Source: Eledone cirrhosa
Taxonomy: Eukaryota
Length of the DNA: 64,000 nucleotides
Assembly: GCA_964016885.1 (NCBI GenBank)
Contig: OZ024742.1
Span: forward strand, 258,106,001-258,170,000
Reading direction: 5' to 3'
Below are positions 43,030 to 54,695 of this stretch, piece by piece. The notes beneath the pieces are model-generated. The model was not told where the DNA came from. It did no database searches and was given only the letters and a program-made list of their open reading frames with translations. A program made the position numbers and the translations under genes. Position 1 is the stretch's first letter. Each line of letters opens with the position of its first letter.

Positions 43030-45077
43030 TAGGGGATGGGGGGTGGGGGGTGGGGGGTGTTATAAATATGGATTTTTTCCGCGCCCCCTTTGAAATATGT
43101 AGTGACCCATACCATTCACTGAAATCATACTAAAAAATTTTCCCGAGGGCCGGAACCCCGCTGTACATGCCCCTTGAATTGGAGGATGGTCGAAAAGAAG
43201 GAAAAGTTCGCTATTATTGCACCTATACTCGATACTTTTTCGTCACAATTGTGTTTTTGGGGTCGATAAACTCATTTATGATATTGTTTTTGCATTACGA
43301 CCATCCAATATGCTGCAAATCCAGGATAGCGACCAACATCCAAGATAGCGACCAAAATTCGATATGGCGGGTACAATAATTTTTCAGTGCGAGAGTTATG
43401 TTGTCTCATGTAATAAATAGTTTCTCATGTTTAACGTCTACTGAATTCGTTATTGCTTGTTTAATTAGCCGAACCTGTATTTCCCCGTATATGCACCATA
43501 TCTTTCGTACTTTCAGATTAACGTCTAATTTTAAAAAATGGCATACAGGCACACAAAATTACCATTGCGATCGTCCGGGAAGAAGATTCTCGGTGAACTG
43601 GAATATGTGGAAACTGCAGGATTCCCCAATGGACTTCTACCCACATAAAGGAATGTTATCACGAACATGATGTATCTAATGCGACCATCACGAGCAGACC
43701 AGAATCAGAGATCAAAAGAAGCAGCAGCATTGTCCCTCTTATATGTGCTATCAGAACACAGGATTTTCTGTAACGTATATACAGTGAAGATAAAACATAT
43801 AAAACGGAAAATACTTCAATTATATGCAGAATTTCAACGACTATATCGAACGAGGAAGAACAGCAGAAATGAAAAATACTTGGAAGAGGTTAAAAAATTT
43901 AACAACGAAGTGGATTATATATATTATATATTCTGCGAGAACGCCGTAGTGAGGAAGAGACTAGAAAATTACCACGGAGTCAGCATGACGGACGATGAGT
44001 GGGAATTCCTTTATGATCAGCGCAAGGACCGTGAAATGTTTTGTGAGAATTTCATAGATAAAAAGTGGGAAAAGACAATGCGGAGGAGGAAAAGTGACAT
44101 TGAATCTTTGGAAAGACAGAGGCAGAGAGCTGAAAAAGATCAAGAGATGATCCAAATATTTATGGATGTGTCTTCAGACCCTACCGAAGACAACGAACAA
44201 GTTGCAGACGTTGATTTCTCATCTGACAGTGCTCCGTCGGTTCCTAAGAAGCGCAATGTTGTCACATCATTGGACTTCGGAGATGATCTTCTACCTCCAT
44301 GTTTCAGACACCTAAGAATCAGTGAGAGGATAATAAAGCCGGAAGTATACGAAACTATCGATGAACTGAAATCCATAACTCATATGTCTGAAAATCAGGC
44401 TAATGCCGCGACAGTTGTTGTTGGAAATAAATTGTTTGACATGAAATGGAAGTTACATAACAAAATCGACGTGATCGATCTCGATACTTTACCTCATAAA
44501 CGTAATATTCGAGAGAGCGGAAAAGGTATTGAAATGATGGCACTGGACTGCATAGTTAAGGAAATCAAGTCTTCAGATACCAACAGCATGATTACCTAGC
44601 ACGATGACGGGTCCAAAAAACAAGGTGTTGGACCTTTCAGTGTACAGGGCATGACAGTTGGTGGAAAGTACAGAGCGCTTCCTACGTTACCGATAGCGTC
44701 TGAATCGCGACAGAACTTGGCTGGCTTAAAATTGGCTGTTTTGTCCATACTAGAAGCTGCAAGTGAGGTACCCGTCAAATTGCTCTTCGAAAAAAATTAT
44801 TTTCTGACAACTGATCAGACATCACACAATTTCGAGGATGAGGCGATCCTAGCTGAAAAGCTAGACTGAACACGTTCCAGACCAGTGTAAGGTTCAACCT
44901 TCCCGCATGTTCAACAGGGTTTTGACGAAGCTATGGTCTGAAATAGAATACGAAATTGGTAGAGACAAAATCTTCTCGAGTTTTCTAGTGAATGCAACTA
45001 CTAATGCCTCAAGAGTCACAGAGCAAGCCCTCGACTGTATAACAAGATTGATATGCCATGATTTCGACCACAAAAAT
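43030..45077 (+). mobile_element. 5' half of the same hAT-type transposon (terminal repeat 43030-43303; ORF from 43538, interrupted)
   Basis: LLPT*RNV, EFLYDQRKDREM, HDDGSKK (putative D1), TTDQTSHN (putative D2), CKVQP (decayed CxxH). Confidence 0.7.
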
Positions 45078-45373
45078 GTATACACATATACATATAGTAA
45101 ATATGTGTGTGTATATGTATGCACACAGATGTCTTTTTCTATATTGCTATATATTTTAATTTGTTTATATATTATTTTTCTTACCCTTCTTTCTTATGTA
45201 TATTTCCCGTTATTTTTCCAGCCTCACTTTCAATTTTTAATAGATTTTAAATCTCGTTTCATATTTTATATCCATAACATCTTTGTTTGATGACCGATCC
45301 AGACGTATATTAATATTGTCTCGGATCCAGAAACCCTTGGTAATGGAGTAGTTATATTTGGTGTTGTTCACTT

Positions 45374-45378
<5 letters not shown>
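45078..45378 (+). mobile_element. Penelope pLTR fragment with decayed hammerhead (45281-45348)
   Basis: CUUUGU UUGAUGA ..GAUCCAGAC..GUCUcGGAUC.. GAAA CC CUU GG UA AUGGAG; same layout as 24056-24132. Confidence 0.55.
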
Positions 45379-45409
<31 letters not shown>

Positions 45410-45422
<13 letters not shown>

Positions 45423-46346
45423 GCAAGTTTACGATTCTGTGTGTCCGCCTAAAACTAGCAATCTACCGGACCAAACTCCTCAAAATGACATGTACATATT
45501 TACTATACACTCGGACAGGTAACGGTTGAAAAAGCCTTACTTTGCAAAGCAAGGAATACATTTAAATTCAATTTATCTTATTTTCTACTGGATATCAAAG
45601 AGATCATCCATTTTGTTTTTTTTGTTCTCCAGTCTGTAGATAAGAGAGAGAGGGATGGGAGAGAGAAAGAGAGAGAGAGTGGAAGATGGTAAGGCGATGA
45701 GAGATAGTGAGTGGGATGTGAGAGAGAAAGAAAGAGAGTAAGGGGATGAGAGAGAAAGACGATGAAAGAGAGAGACGGAAAGTAACCACCGTTCTTAACT
45801 TTTATTTATTTATTATTTTCACACACTTCTTAACTCTCCCGCTTCCTTAACGTTATTTAACTTTATTTTTATTTTTTTTCTCTCTATTCTGTAGATAGGG
45901 GGGGGGGATGAGAGAGAGATTAATGGGATGGGAGAGAGAGAGGGAAAGCAGCTAGCGTTCATTGACTTTTATTTATTTATTATTTTTACAGACTTCTTAA
46001 CTTTCCCAATGTTATTTATCTTTTATTTATTTTTTGTTTGCTATTCTGTAGAGTATGACAGAGAGATAGAAAGAGAGGAGATGACAAAGAGAAAGGGAGT
46101 GAGGTTGATGGGGAGAGAAAGACAATAAGAAAAGAGAAAAGATGGGAGAGAGAGAAACAAGTAAAGAGGTAGGAGAGATGGAGTGTGATTGGAGGGGTTC
46201 TTTACCTAACGTGTGTCCACGTTTATATATATATTTACACACACATATGGTTGTTATGGGGAGGTGGCGTTCTTTAGCAGACGATGTATGTTACCATCAA
46301 AGCTTATTTTCTACATATATCTAAAGAAATCACAGGTGCTTTTATA
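45410..46346 (+). mobile_element. Helitron 5' non-coding fragment (inverted copy of ~35628-36380)
   Basis: AAATGCAAGTTTACGATTCTGTGTGTCCGCCTAAAACTAGC... matches the reverse complement of the Helitron 5' region, with an internal extra segment. Confidence 0.88.
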
Positions 46347-47386
46347 AATATTAAATCTATACTTACAGACGTAAAATGGCAACTGCCTGGTGCCTAGACA
46401 AGTTTAAATTTCAAAATTCAAACCTCTTCAGCAGATCGGTCGGAACTTCAAAACATAAACCTGTTTCACAAGGGATGGTAAACTAATGAAATAATTAATT
46501 AATTACAGAACAACTATTTATAAAATAATTATTAGTGAAGTAATGAATTTTCTGTGATTTTCAATAGGCACCAGGCAGTTGCCGTTTTACGTCTGTAAGT
46601 ATAGATTTAATATTTAATATTTTCTAGATCGATACAGGTGGACTATATGTACTTGAATTAAGGTATTTCTACCTGGCTAAAAAATTATTGTCATTTTGCA
46701 AAAACACATTAGTGTTGATCATATTTTTTTAAATTGTAATGTAATGCTCAGAAATATTTTCTTAGAGCTTAAGAATTGTATTTGTCTTCTAAATTGAAAT
46801 AAATCTGCTCCTTCGGTAGAGCTGAATTCATAATCCCATATTTACGGCTGTTATTTCTAGCGCCATGGATATGAGCCAGAACGCTGAGAAGGTCGTGTGC
46901 AAAAGCACATGTATTAGGCTTGTGACAGATCAGTCTTAAGATTATTATCTTAGGAGAAATAACTATAATTTCTGGGGGCCTATTGAAAATCACAGAAAAT
47001 TCATTACTTCACTAATAATTATTTTATAAATAGTTGTTCTGTAATTAATTAATTATTTCATTAGTTTACCATCCCTTGTGAAACAGGTTTATGTTTTGAA
47101 GTTCCGACCGATCTGCTGAAGAGGTTTGAATTTTGAAATTTAAACTTGTCTAGGCACCAGGCAGTTGCCATTTTACGTCTGTAAGTATAGATTTAATATT
47201 TAATATTTTCTAGATCGATACAGGCGGACTATATGTACTTGAATTAAGGTATTTCTATCTGGCTAAAAAATGATTGTCATTTTGCAAAAACACATTAGTG
47301 TTGATCATATTTTTTAAAATTGTAATGTAATGCTCAGAAATATTTTCTTAGAGCTTAAGAATTGTATTTGACTTCTAAATTGAAAT
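46346..47386 (+). mobile_element. Miniature non-coding Penelope-like element (inverted 5' segment plus partial tandem, unit 586 bp)
   Basis: 46346-46569 is the reverse complement of 46978-47201; 46565-46800 and 47151-47386 are near-identical direct repeats; ends in (TA)n. Confidence 0.8.
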
Positions 47387-47614
47387 ATATATATATATTT
47401 ATAGATACTAAACATACACGCAAACACAAATGCTTGTCGGAAAGATTTACCATATATGTATATGCGTCTAGATTTATTTGTTATTACCATCACTATATAA
47501 ACTTCGGGCGGTTTTCTGCTAGCATATGTAGTGTGCGTATTGGTTTTATATGCAATATATATGCATATAGATATGATATGTAAATTGAAAAAGTAAATTG
47601 ACAATATCTTCTTC

Positions 47615-48235
47615 TCCACCCACTTATCTATGAGAAGGTCATGTAGGCACAGTCCTCCTCAAACACTCTTTCCAGCGAGTCCATAAGAAGCAAAGATATC
47701 TAGCTGATCCAGCTGGACTCCAAAGCGTGAATATCTTGCTCGGGGTCTACCTCTGGGTCTTTTGCTGGTTGGTTTTATCTGTAAAATCTATCCAGCGATT
47801 CTTTCCTGAGACAATAGTATCGGAGTTGTGATCTCTCAATTCGAAGAAGTAGCGGCTCTACCAGGAGTGACTCTCTACTCATTGAGCTATGCCCATTATT
47901 AAGTGAGGTTACTCCAAAAACCCTTCTGGGGAACCACATTTTTGCCGCTTGTATTTAAAATTGTTTTATTTCGTTCATTACCCAAGATTCATGACCCTCA
48001 GTAAGGGTTGGCAGAAATACCAGGAAGACAGCGAGTTTTGCTTTTACACATACCTCCTTTCTTCTGATTACTGAATGCTGAAGCTGGCGTATTACTGCAT
48101 CAGCTTTTTCAATTCATGCACTTAATTCAGCCTCCTGCCTTCCATCACTCATGATACTTCTCCAGCTCCTTCAGTGGAACTCCATTCACATCTATATAAA
48201 TTTGAACAACTTCTGCGCATCCGTCCATCACAATA
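47615..48235 (-). mobile_element. RTE-like LINE 3' fragment
   Basis: Minus strand reads VNGVPLKELEKY, GHESWVMNE, IERSQLRY, RPRGRPRAR. Confidence 0.65.
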
Positions 48236-48327
48236 TGCATGTATGTGTTTGTGTGAATGTATGTGGGTGTAAAAGGAACGAAGGGGATACACACATATAT
48301 GTCTATAACTTCGAAACGGTGACACAT

Positions 48328-48360
<33 letters not shown>

Positions 48361-48361
48361 C

Positions 48362-48433
<72 letters not shown>

Positions 48434-48539
48434 CACACACACATATATGAGCCACACACATATATAACAAACACGTCTCTAATTTAAGAATACTGAAAAA
48501 CTCAGGCGCGCGCACATACACACATTGTCCTATTACCAC

Positions 48540-48925
48540 TGAAGAGTTTTGGCCCGGGAAAACATCACCTCAATTTTGAAACCGTCTGGGTTGTCCAGAA
48601 TTGATGGGAAAAGACCTGACGGTCTTACCCTGTGCTCCTGCTCAAGAGGCAGATGCCTTGTCTAGGACATGACAATTAGTGACACTTATGCTTCTTCCCA
48701 CATCCTGGATTTAGCAGTTAGAGCGACAGCCACAGCATTCCCAGCTGAAATATCGTGATTTGTTGGCTAAAAATATTTTCCAGCCTGTGGCGTTCGAGAT
48801 GTTTGGGTAAGTCGGGCTACTGGCTGCGAGATTCTTATCTTCACTAGCGGCTCGCCTAACAGAGGTAATATTTGAAGCTCGTGAAGGCACTTGGTTGTTC
48901 CAGTACCTCAGCCTCGCCTTCACCC
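48540..48925 (+). mobile_element. CRE-like non-LTR retrotransposon restriction-like endonuclease fragment
   Basis: PSGLSRIDGKRPDGLTL..SRGRCLV*DMTISDTYA...KYRDL..FQPVAFEMFG. Confidence 0.75.
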
Positions 48926-49245
48926 GACTTGGCTAAAAAATTATTAGAAATGTTTCCAAGTGCTCCCCGTGATATTGTTAACTTTTTCTCTGGTAGCAGC
49001 TCGCTTGTCCACCCCTTTCGCCTGCTTTTTGTTGTATGTGGACATAGATGTATGTATTACCTGCTTGTGTGTTGTATGTGGTCCTAGATGTGTGTATTAC
49101 CTGCTTTTAATGTTTGTATATCCACATACGAACACACAAACACGTGAGCGCGGTGAAATACATCCTAATCTCTTCATTTCTCTCCCCCCTCTCTCTATAT
49201 ATAACTATCTATATATATCTATATGAAGAGAGTGATATATATATG

Positions 49246-49284
<39 letters not shown>

Positions 49285-49292
<8 letters not shown>

Positions 49293-50052
49293 TAAAACAT
49301 GTCTTTAGAATCACTAGATATAATATATACCATTTCCTCTCCCAATTAGCATAATTAAACATATAAAAAATCAATTAGACTAAGCTATAAGAATAAAAGC
49401 TCCTATGAAGAATTCTCCGACAAATAACTGAAAGCAGCCCCTTCGCGGCGGCTACGATGGAGTGTTTATCGAACATTTCGACAGCATGTAGAAATCGACC
49501 AGATATACAGTCAACTAAACATAATTAGGTGTAAAATAAAGTTAGAAGAAATGCGTACATATTTAAAAACCGCTACCATGGTTTCATCCGTATTTTAAGA
49601 CATCCGATAACAGGGAATGTCCAGAGCTTTTGATTCATCAGGAGTGATCTCAAAATTAGACAATTAATTTTCCAAAGTGATCGCGCCAAAAGTGGCAGCG
49701 GTCAAGTTAGAAATATGTACGCATTTCTTCTAAGTTTATTTTACACCTAATTGTGTTTAGTTGACTGTATATCTGGTCGATTTCTACATGCTGTCAAAAT
49801 GTTCGATAAACACCCCATCATAGCCGCCGCGAAGGGGCTGCTTTCGGTTATTTGTCGGAGATTTCTTCCTAGGAGCTTTTACTCTTATAGCTTGGTCTAA
49901 TTGATTTTTTATATGGTTAATTATGCTAATTGGGAGAGGAAATGGTATATATTATATCTAGTGACTCTAAAGACATGTTTTATGATATATAGCTCTGATT
50001 ATTTAATTTATTAATTCTTCATTGAGCCACAACGTGACTCGTTGCAAAACAC
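49285..50052. mobile_element. Fold-back element family F (~280-bp arms, ~146-bp spacer, 3' tail) with a minus-strand hammerhead in the spacer
   Basis: 49285-49564 is the reverse complement of 49711-49990; minus strand 49565-49652 reads CUGAUGA AUC..GAU GAAA C CAUG G UA. Confidence 0.8.
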
Positions 50053-50086
50053 ATATATATCTATGGCTTTATATATATATGCAAAC

Positions 50087-50125
<39 letters not shown>

Positions 50126-50445
50126 CACATAGTCTCTTTTGTATCATTCTCTTCACACAATCTCTCTCTTCCTTTCTCGCTATATATATATATTAAAAAA
50201 AACTCTCTTTCTAATATATATATATATATATTAGAAAGTGAGTTTTTTTTTATGAATTGAAAAATAACCGAGGTGTCCAACACGAGTGAAAGTATAAAGA
50301 AAAAGAGATGAAATCGAAAATGCAACTGGAGTCTTATTTTTTTTTTAAATATATATATTTATTTGGTTCCTTTACCGGTTTCAAAGTTCTTCTGCTTTTC
50401 AAAATTAGAGTTGAGATGGAGGGTCTGTGGTTTTTCTCACATCTG

Positions 50446-50502
<57 letters not shown>

Positions 50503-50733
50503 TGGTGGTTGTGGCGATATACCGGAACTATTGAAATTTGAATCTTTGAAGAGAAGTGAATATTGAAATATGCAATAAATATTTTATGATTAATCATTTG
50601 TTACTAATTAGAGTTGATAATTCATGTAATATTCATTCATTATCTATTCAAAGTAGTCTAACTTATTTTACTAACGGGATTAAATAATATATTTTGGACG
50701 CTGTCCCGCACACCCCGCTTTATTATAGTTAAG

Positions 50734-50905
50734 ATTGTTTATTTCCGTACAAGCGACCGCACCGATAGCGACCACATTGAATACTAAGGAAACAGGACAT
50801 CGTCGTGTTCATATATTACATAATATATGAACACCACTATTTTCCGTTTAATTAGTATTCAACGTGGTCTCTCTAGGTGCGGGGGCTCGTACGGAAACTA
50901 ACAAT
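50734..50905. mobile_element. MITE-like imperfect palindrome (~170 bp)
   Basis: ATTGTTTATTTCCGTAC..GCACC...GTGTTCATATATTACATAATATATGAACAC...GGTGC..GTACGGAAACTAACAAT. Confidence 0.6.
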
Positions 50906-50934
50906 TAATATAATAATGGTAATAACATAAATAC

Positions 50935-50977
<43 letters not shown>

Positions 50978-51009
50978 GAGATCAAAAGATGGTTAAAGGA
51001 GTTCCATAT

Positions 51010-51077
51010 ATTTTATTATGCGCATTTCAAAAACAAACATCATCAAGCAATAATATTTGTGTTTTCATCAGATAAAT
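51010..51077 (-). ncRNA. Minimal type I hammerhead motif
   Basis: Minus strand: UUUAU CUGAUGA AAACACAAAUA..UGUUUGUUUUU GAAA U GCGC A UA AUAAA; palindromic loop 3. Confidence 0.75.
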
Positions 51078-51295
51078 CAGGAGAACATGATATGAAGGCT
51101 AAAAAAACACTTGTTGATAGTGCAGTTTTAAATCAACATATATATATATATGTTGTGGTATTTATATCTTTTCAGGGTGGTAGGAGAGGGTGGGGAGTGG
51201 GATGGGTGGAGGTCATTGGTTGAAAGAAAAGGGAAATCTTTAAGACTATAATTTATATTTAGAGTGACAAAGGCAGAAAGAATTCTAGAATTTCA

Positions 51296-53613
51296 TCTAT
51301 ATTAAAACGTTTATACTCTGTTATGTATTGAGCACCTTACTTACTGTGGTTACCTCCGATTCAACCCGGAGTATCTTACCTTTTAGCACCCTTAGTGCCC
51401 CTTATAACCATCGCCAAGAAACTATGCTGACCAAACACGACCTTGATGTCTCCATGAAGAACCTCCCCATCCCTCCAAGGAAACTATACCTCAAATCACG
51501 CATCAGACGTACCGACGAGTTCATCAAGCGAATTAGATGGAGGGCCTTCTTCCTCGACAACCCTGTTGTAGCATCTACTAATGATAAGAAGTTCGGCTTC
51601 AAAACGAATAAGGTACCACCCACCAACAGCTTACTTGAACCATTTCAAGAAGACCTCTTCAAGTTGATCAAAGATATAAAATTTCGTAGAGCCACCACAC
51701 CATTCCAGGCCTACTTAAATACTGAATTCCGGAATATAAAAAAATCCCCTAATCTTCATGTCTCCTCCGATAAAACCAAAAACGTTTATGGGGTAGACCC
51801 ACATATCTACAATAAGCTGGCAAAAAATGCCATCACGACCACCTACAAAAAGGTAATAGAGATGGCATTGACTGAGACAAACGCGGCCGGAATAGAAATC
51901 GCCAAACGCCACACTCGCTTATGCAACTCGACATAGAAAACACCTATGCTTTTATCTCGGAGCCCCTCCTGAAGGACGCAATTACCTTTGCCAGGAATTT
52001 TACCACCACAACCGATGATGAGCAAGATGTTATCATCCATGCCCGTAAGACCTTCCCATACCACGATGGATCTTACTGGATCAACAAGAAGTCTCAGACA
52101 CCATTTGACGTCAGCATGGGAGCGAGTGACTCGGCTGAAATTAGCGACCTTGGAGGCCTGTACATTTTACATCACCTGAAGAAACTCTTTAATGGGCTAA
52201 CCGGATGTTTATACCCAGGCGACGGCCTCTCCGCCCTGCACAAGGTTAACCCCAGGACCACGGATGGCTTTCAGAGAAACTTAAGCTTGTTCTTCCGTAA
52301 TCTAGGATTTAGTATAACTATAGAATCTAATATGACTAGAGCCAACTTTTTAGATGTCACTCTCGACCTAGATACTTCCCCCTATTACCCTACCACAAAC
52401 CTGATGAGTCCCTTAGATATATTAATGTTAATTCTAACCACCTCCCAAAAATCATTGATAACTTAGTAAAAAGCGTCTCTGTTAGAATCTCTGGCCTCTG
52501 CCAATTAAGATATTTTTAACGCCTCTGCCTCCTACTACAATGACGCCCTCGCCAGCAACGGATTTAAAGAAAAATAACCTACCTAGAAACCACCGCAAGA
52601 TTGCAGAGGAGAAATAGGCATAGGGAGATTAGCTGGTACACCCCCCCCCCCCTTCAATAGAAAGGTTTCTACACCTATAGCTAGGATTTTCTTCACTTTG
52701 CTGAAAACACACTTCCCCACACAACATAGGTACAACACCATCTTTAATAAGAACACAATAAGACTCTCCTGCTCCACCACACCTAAGCTAGCTAGGAATA
52801 TAGCCAATCACAATTCTAAAAAATTAAATACGCCAGCCACCTCCGAACTCAATCCCCGGACTGCGGCCTTGTGTACTTGCCTAAGTAAGGAAGCCTGCCC
52901 ACTTGAAAACAAATGCCTGATAAATGATATCATATACAGATGCAATGTCATCTCAGACACCGTTGATTCAACAACAAAAAGACTTACATCGGCATGACTT
53001 CCAATAACTTTAAGACCAGGTGGTATGCCCATACCCACTCCTTCAGAAGACCGGACAAATCAAACCAGACAACCCTCGCCTCCTATGTTTGGGATCTCAA
53101 AAGGAACTCCACCCCTTTCATGCTTAAATGGAAAATACTCCAGAAAGCGCGCTCATACAACGGAGGACACAAGTGCTGTGACATTTGTATCTCAGAGAGC
53201 TACGGAATTTTATTCGCCAAGGGCCCGCTACTGAACAAACCATCTGAACACTGCCCGAACTGCATGCACAAAAACTTTGCAACTTTCAAATACCTTAAAC
53301 CAGTATTAATGCCCGATGGCTAAAATCGACTTACCCTTTTTTTTTAAACACCCGCCTACAAATTAGCCCCTCAACCTCCTTCCCACCCCACCCCTACCGC
53401 TCCTCAACCTGAAACACGGCACTATGGTTATGTAAGTACCTCTTACCTATCTGCATGTTCTGCTTGTAGAGGTGTTTTTATGTGCTTGTGTATATGCGTA
53501 TATTTATGAGTACATGTTTGTATGTATTTGTATGAGTGGCCGTTAGTTTGTATCCATATCGCTGTGCGTACGTGCGTGACATGTACCTGCATATGGGCAT
53601 GTTTGTGTATGTT

Positions 53614-53670
<57 letters not shown>

Positions 53671-53719
53671 GTACGTCTGTGTGTGGTGTATGTGGACCTC
53701 ACAACATACCGTGGATATC

Positions 53720-53774
<55 letters not shown>

Positions 53775-53827
53775 ATGTATATATATGCATATATATATAT
53801 ATGTATGTGTATGTATGTATATGTATA

Positions 53828-53872
<45 letters not shown>

Positions 53873-53897
53873 ATGTATGTATATGTGTATATATATG

Positions 53898-53972
<75 letters not shown>

Positions 53973-53979
53973 GTATATA

Positions 53980-54038
<59 letters not shown>

Positions 54039-54077
54039 GAGTATGTATATATATATATATATGTGTGTTTATATATA

Positions 54078-54127
<50 letters not shown>

Positions 54128-54144
54128 ATGTGTATGTATATATA

Positions 54145-54183
<39 letters not shown>

Positions 54184-54632
54184 GCAAAAGTTTTATTTAA
54201 AATTGTTGGGTTACAACGAGTAAATATTTTATAACTGATATAAAGCACTCAACAAGTTTTGGAGTAGATATACGATATTAAACAAATGGAAACTATATTT
54301 ATAAAACCATATTTATTTCATTATACATATTTCAGGGATACCATATTAAAAATATGGCATGCCTTCTTCAGATAAAATACAATATATAAGCAGTTTTATA
54401 AATAAATTTGACGTACCATAAATATTGATCAACTTCCATTTAAAAAGTTGGTTTGGTAGTGAAATGTTTATAAATATTTAGTGTTAAGCACAGTTAGAAA
54501 GAAAGACGGAGAAAAGGACGAAATGTATGTAAAGAAAAACAGAGAGAGATAGAGAGAGATATTGGAGAGAGAATCTAATCTATATTGAAACTTTTATACT
54601 CTGATATGTATTGAGTACTTTACTTACTGTGG

Positions 54633-54635
<3 letters not shown>
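51296..54635 (+). mobile_element. Penelope-like (Naiad-type) element, decayed; ORF 51424-53323
   Basis: SMKNLPIP, KRIRW, SDKTKNVY, FDVSMGASDSAE, YPGDG (mutated YRDDG), NFLDV, CTCLSKEACPLENKC, IIY..YIGMTS, CDICISE; terminal 57-bp direct repeat 51296-51352 and 54579-54635. Confidence 0.9.
54184..54417 (-). mobile_element. Family A single-arm copy with hammerhead at 54314-54379
   Basis: Homologous to 8971-9210; minus strand UAUUUUAU CUGAAGA AGGcAUGCCAUAUU..AAUAUGGUAUcCCU GAAA U AUGU A UA AUGAAAUA. Confidence 0.82.

Positions 54636-54692
<57 letters not shown>

Positions 54693-54695
<3 letters not shown>

Noticed and set aside
50680-50735. Possible Helitron-like 5' end (minus strand ATCTTAACTATAATAAAG)
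   Set aside because: No matching 3' hairpin plus CTRR end found.
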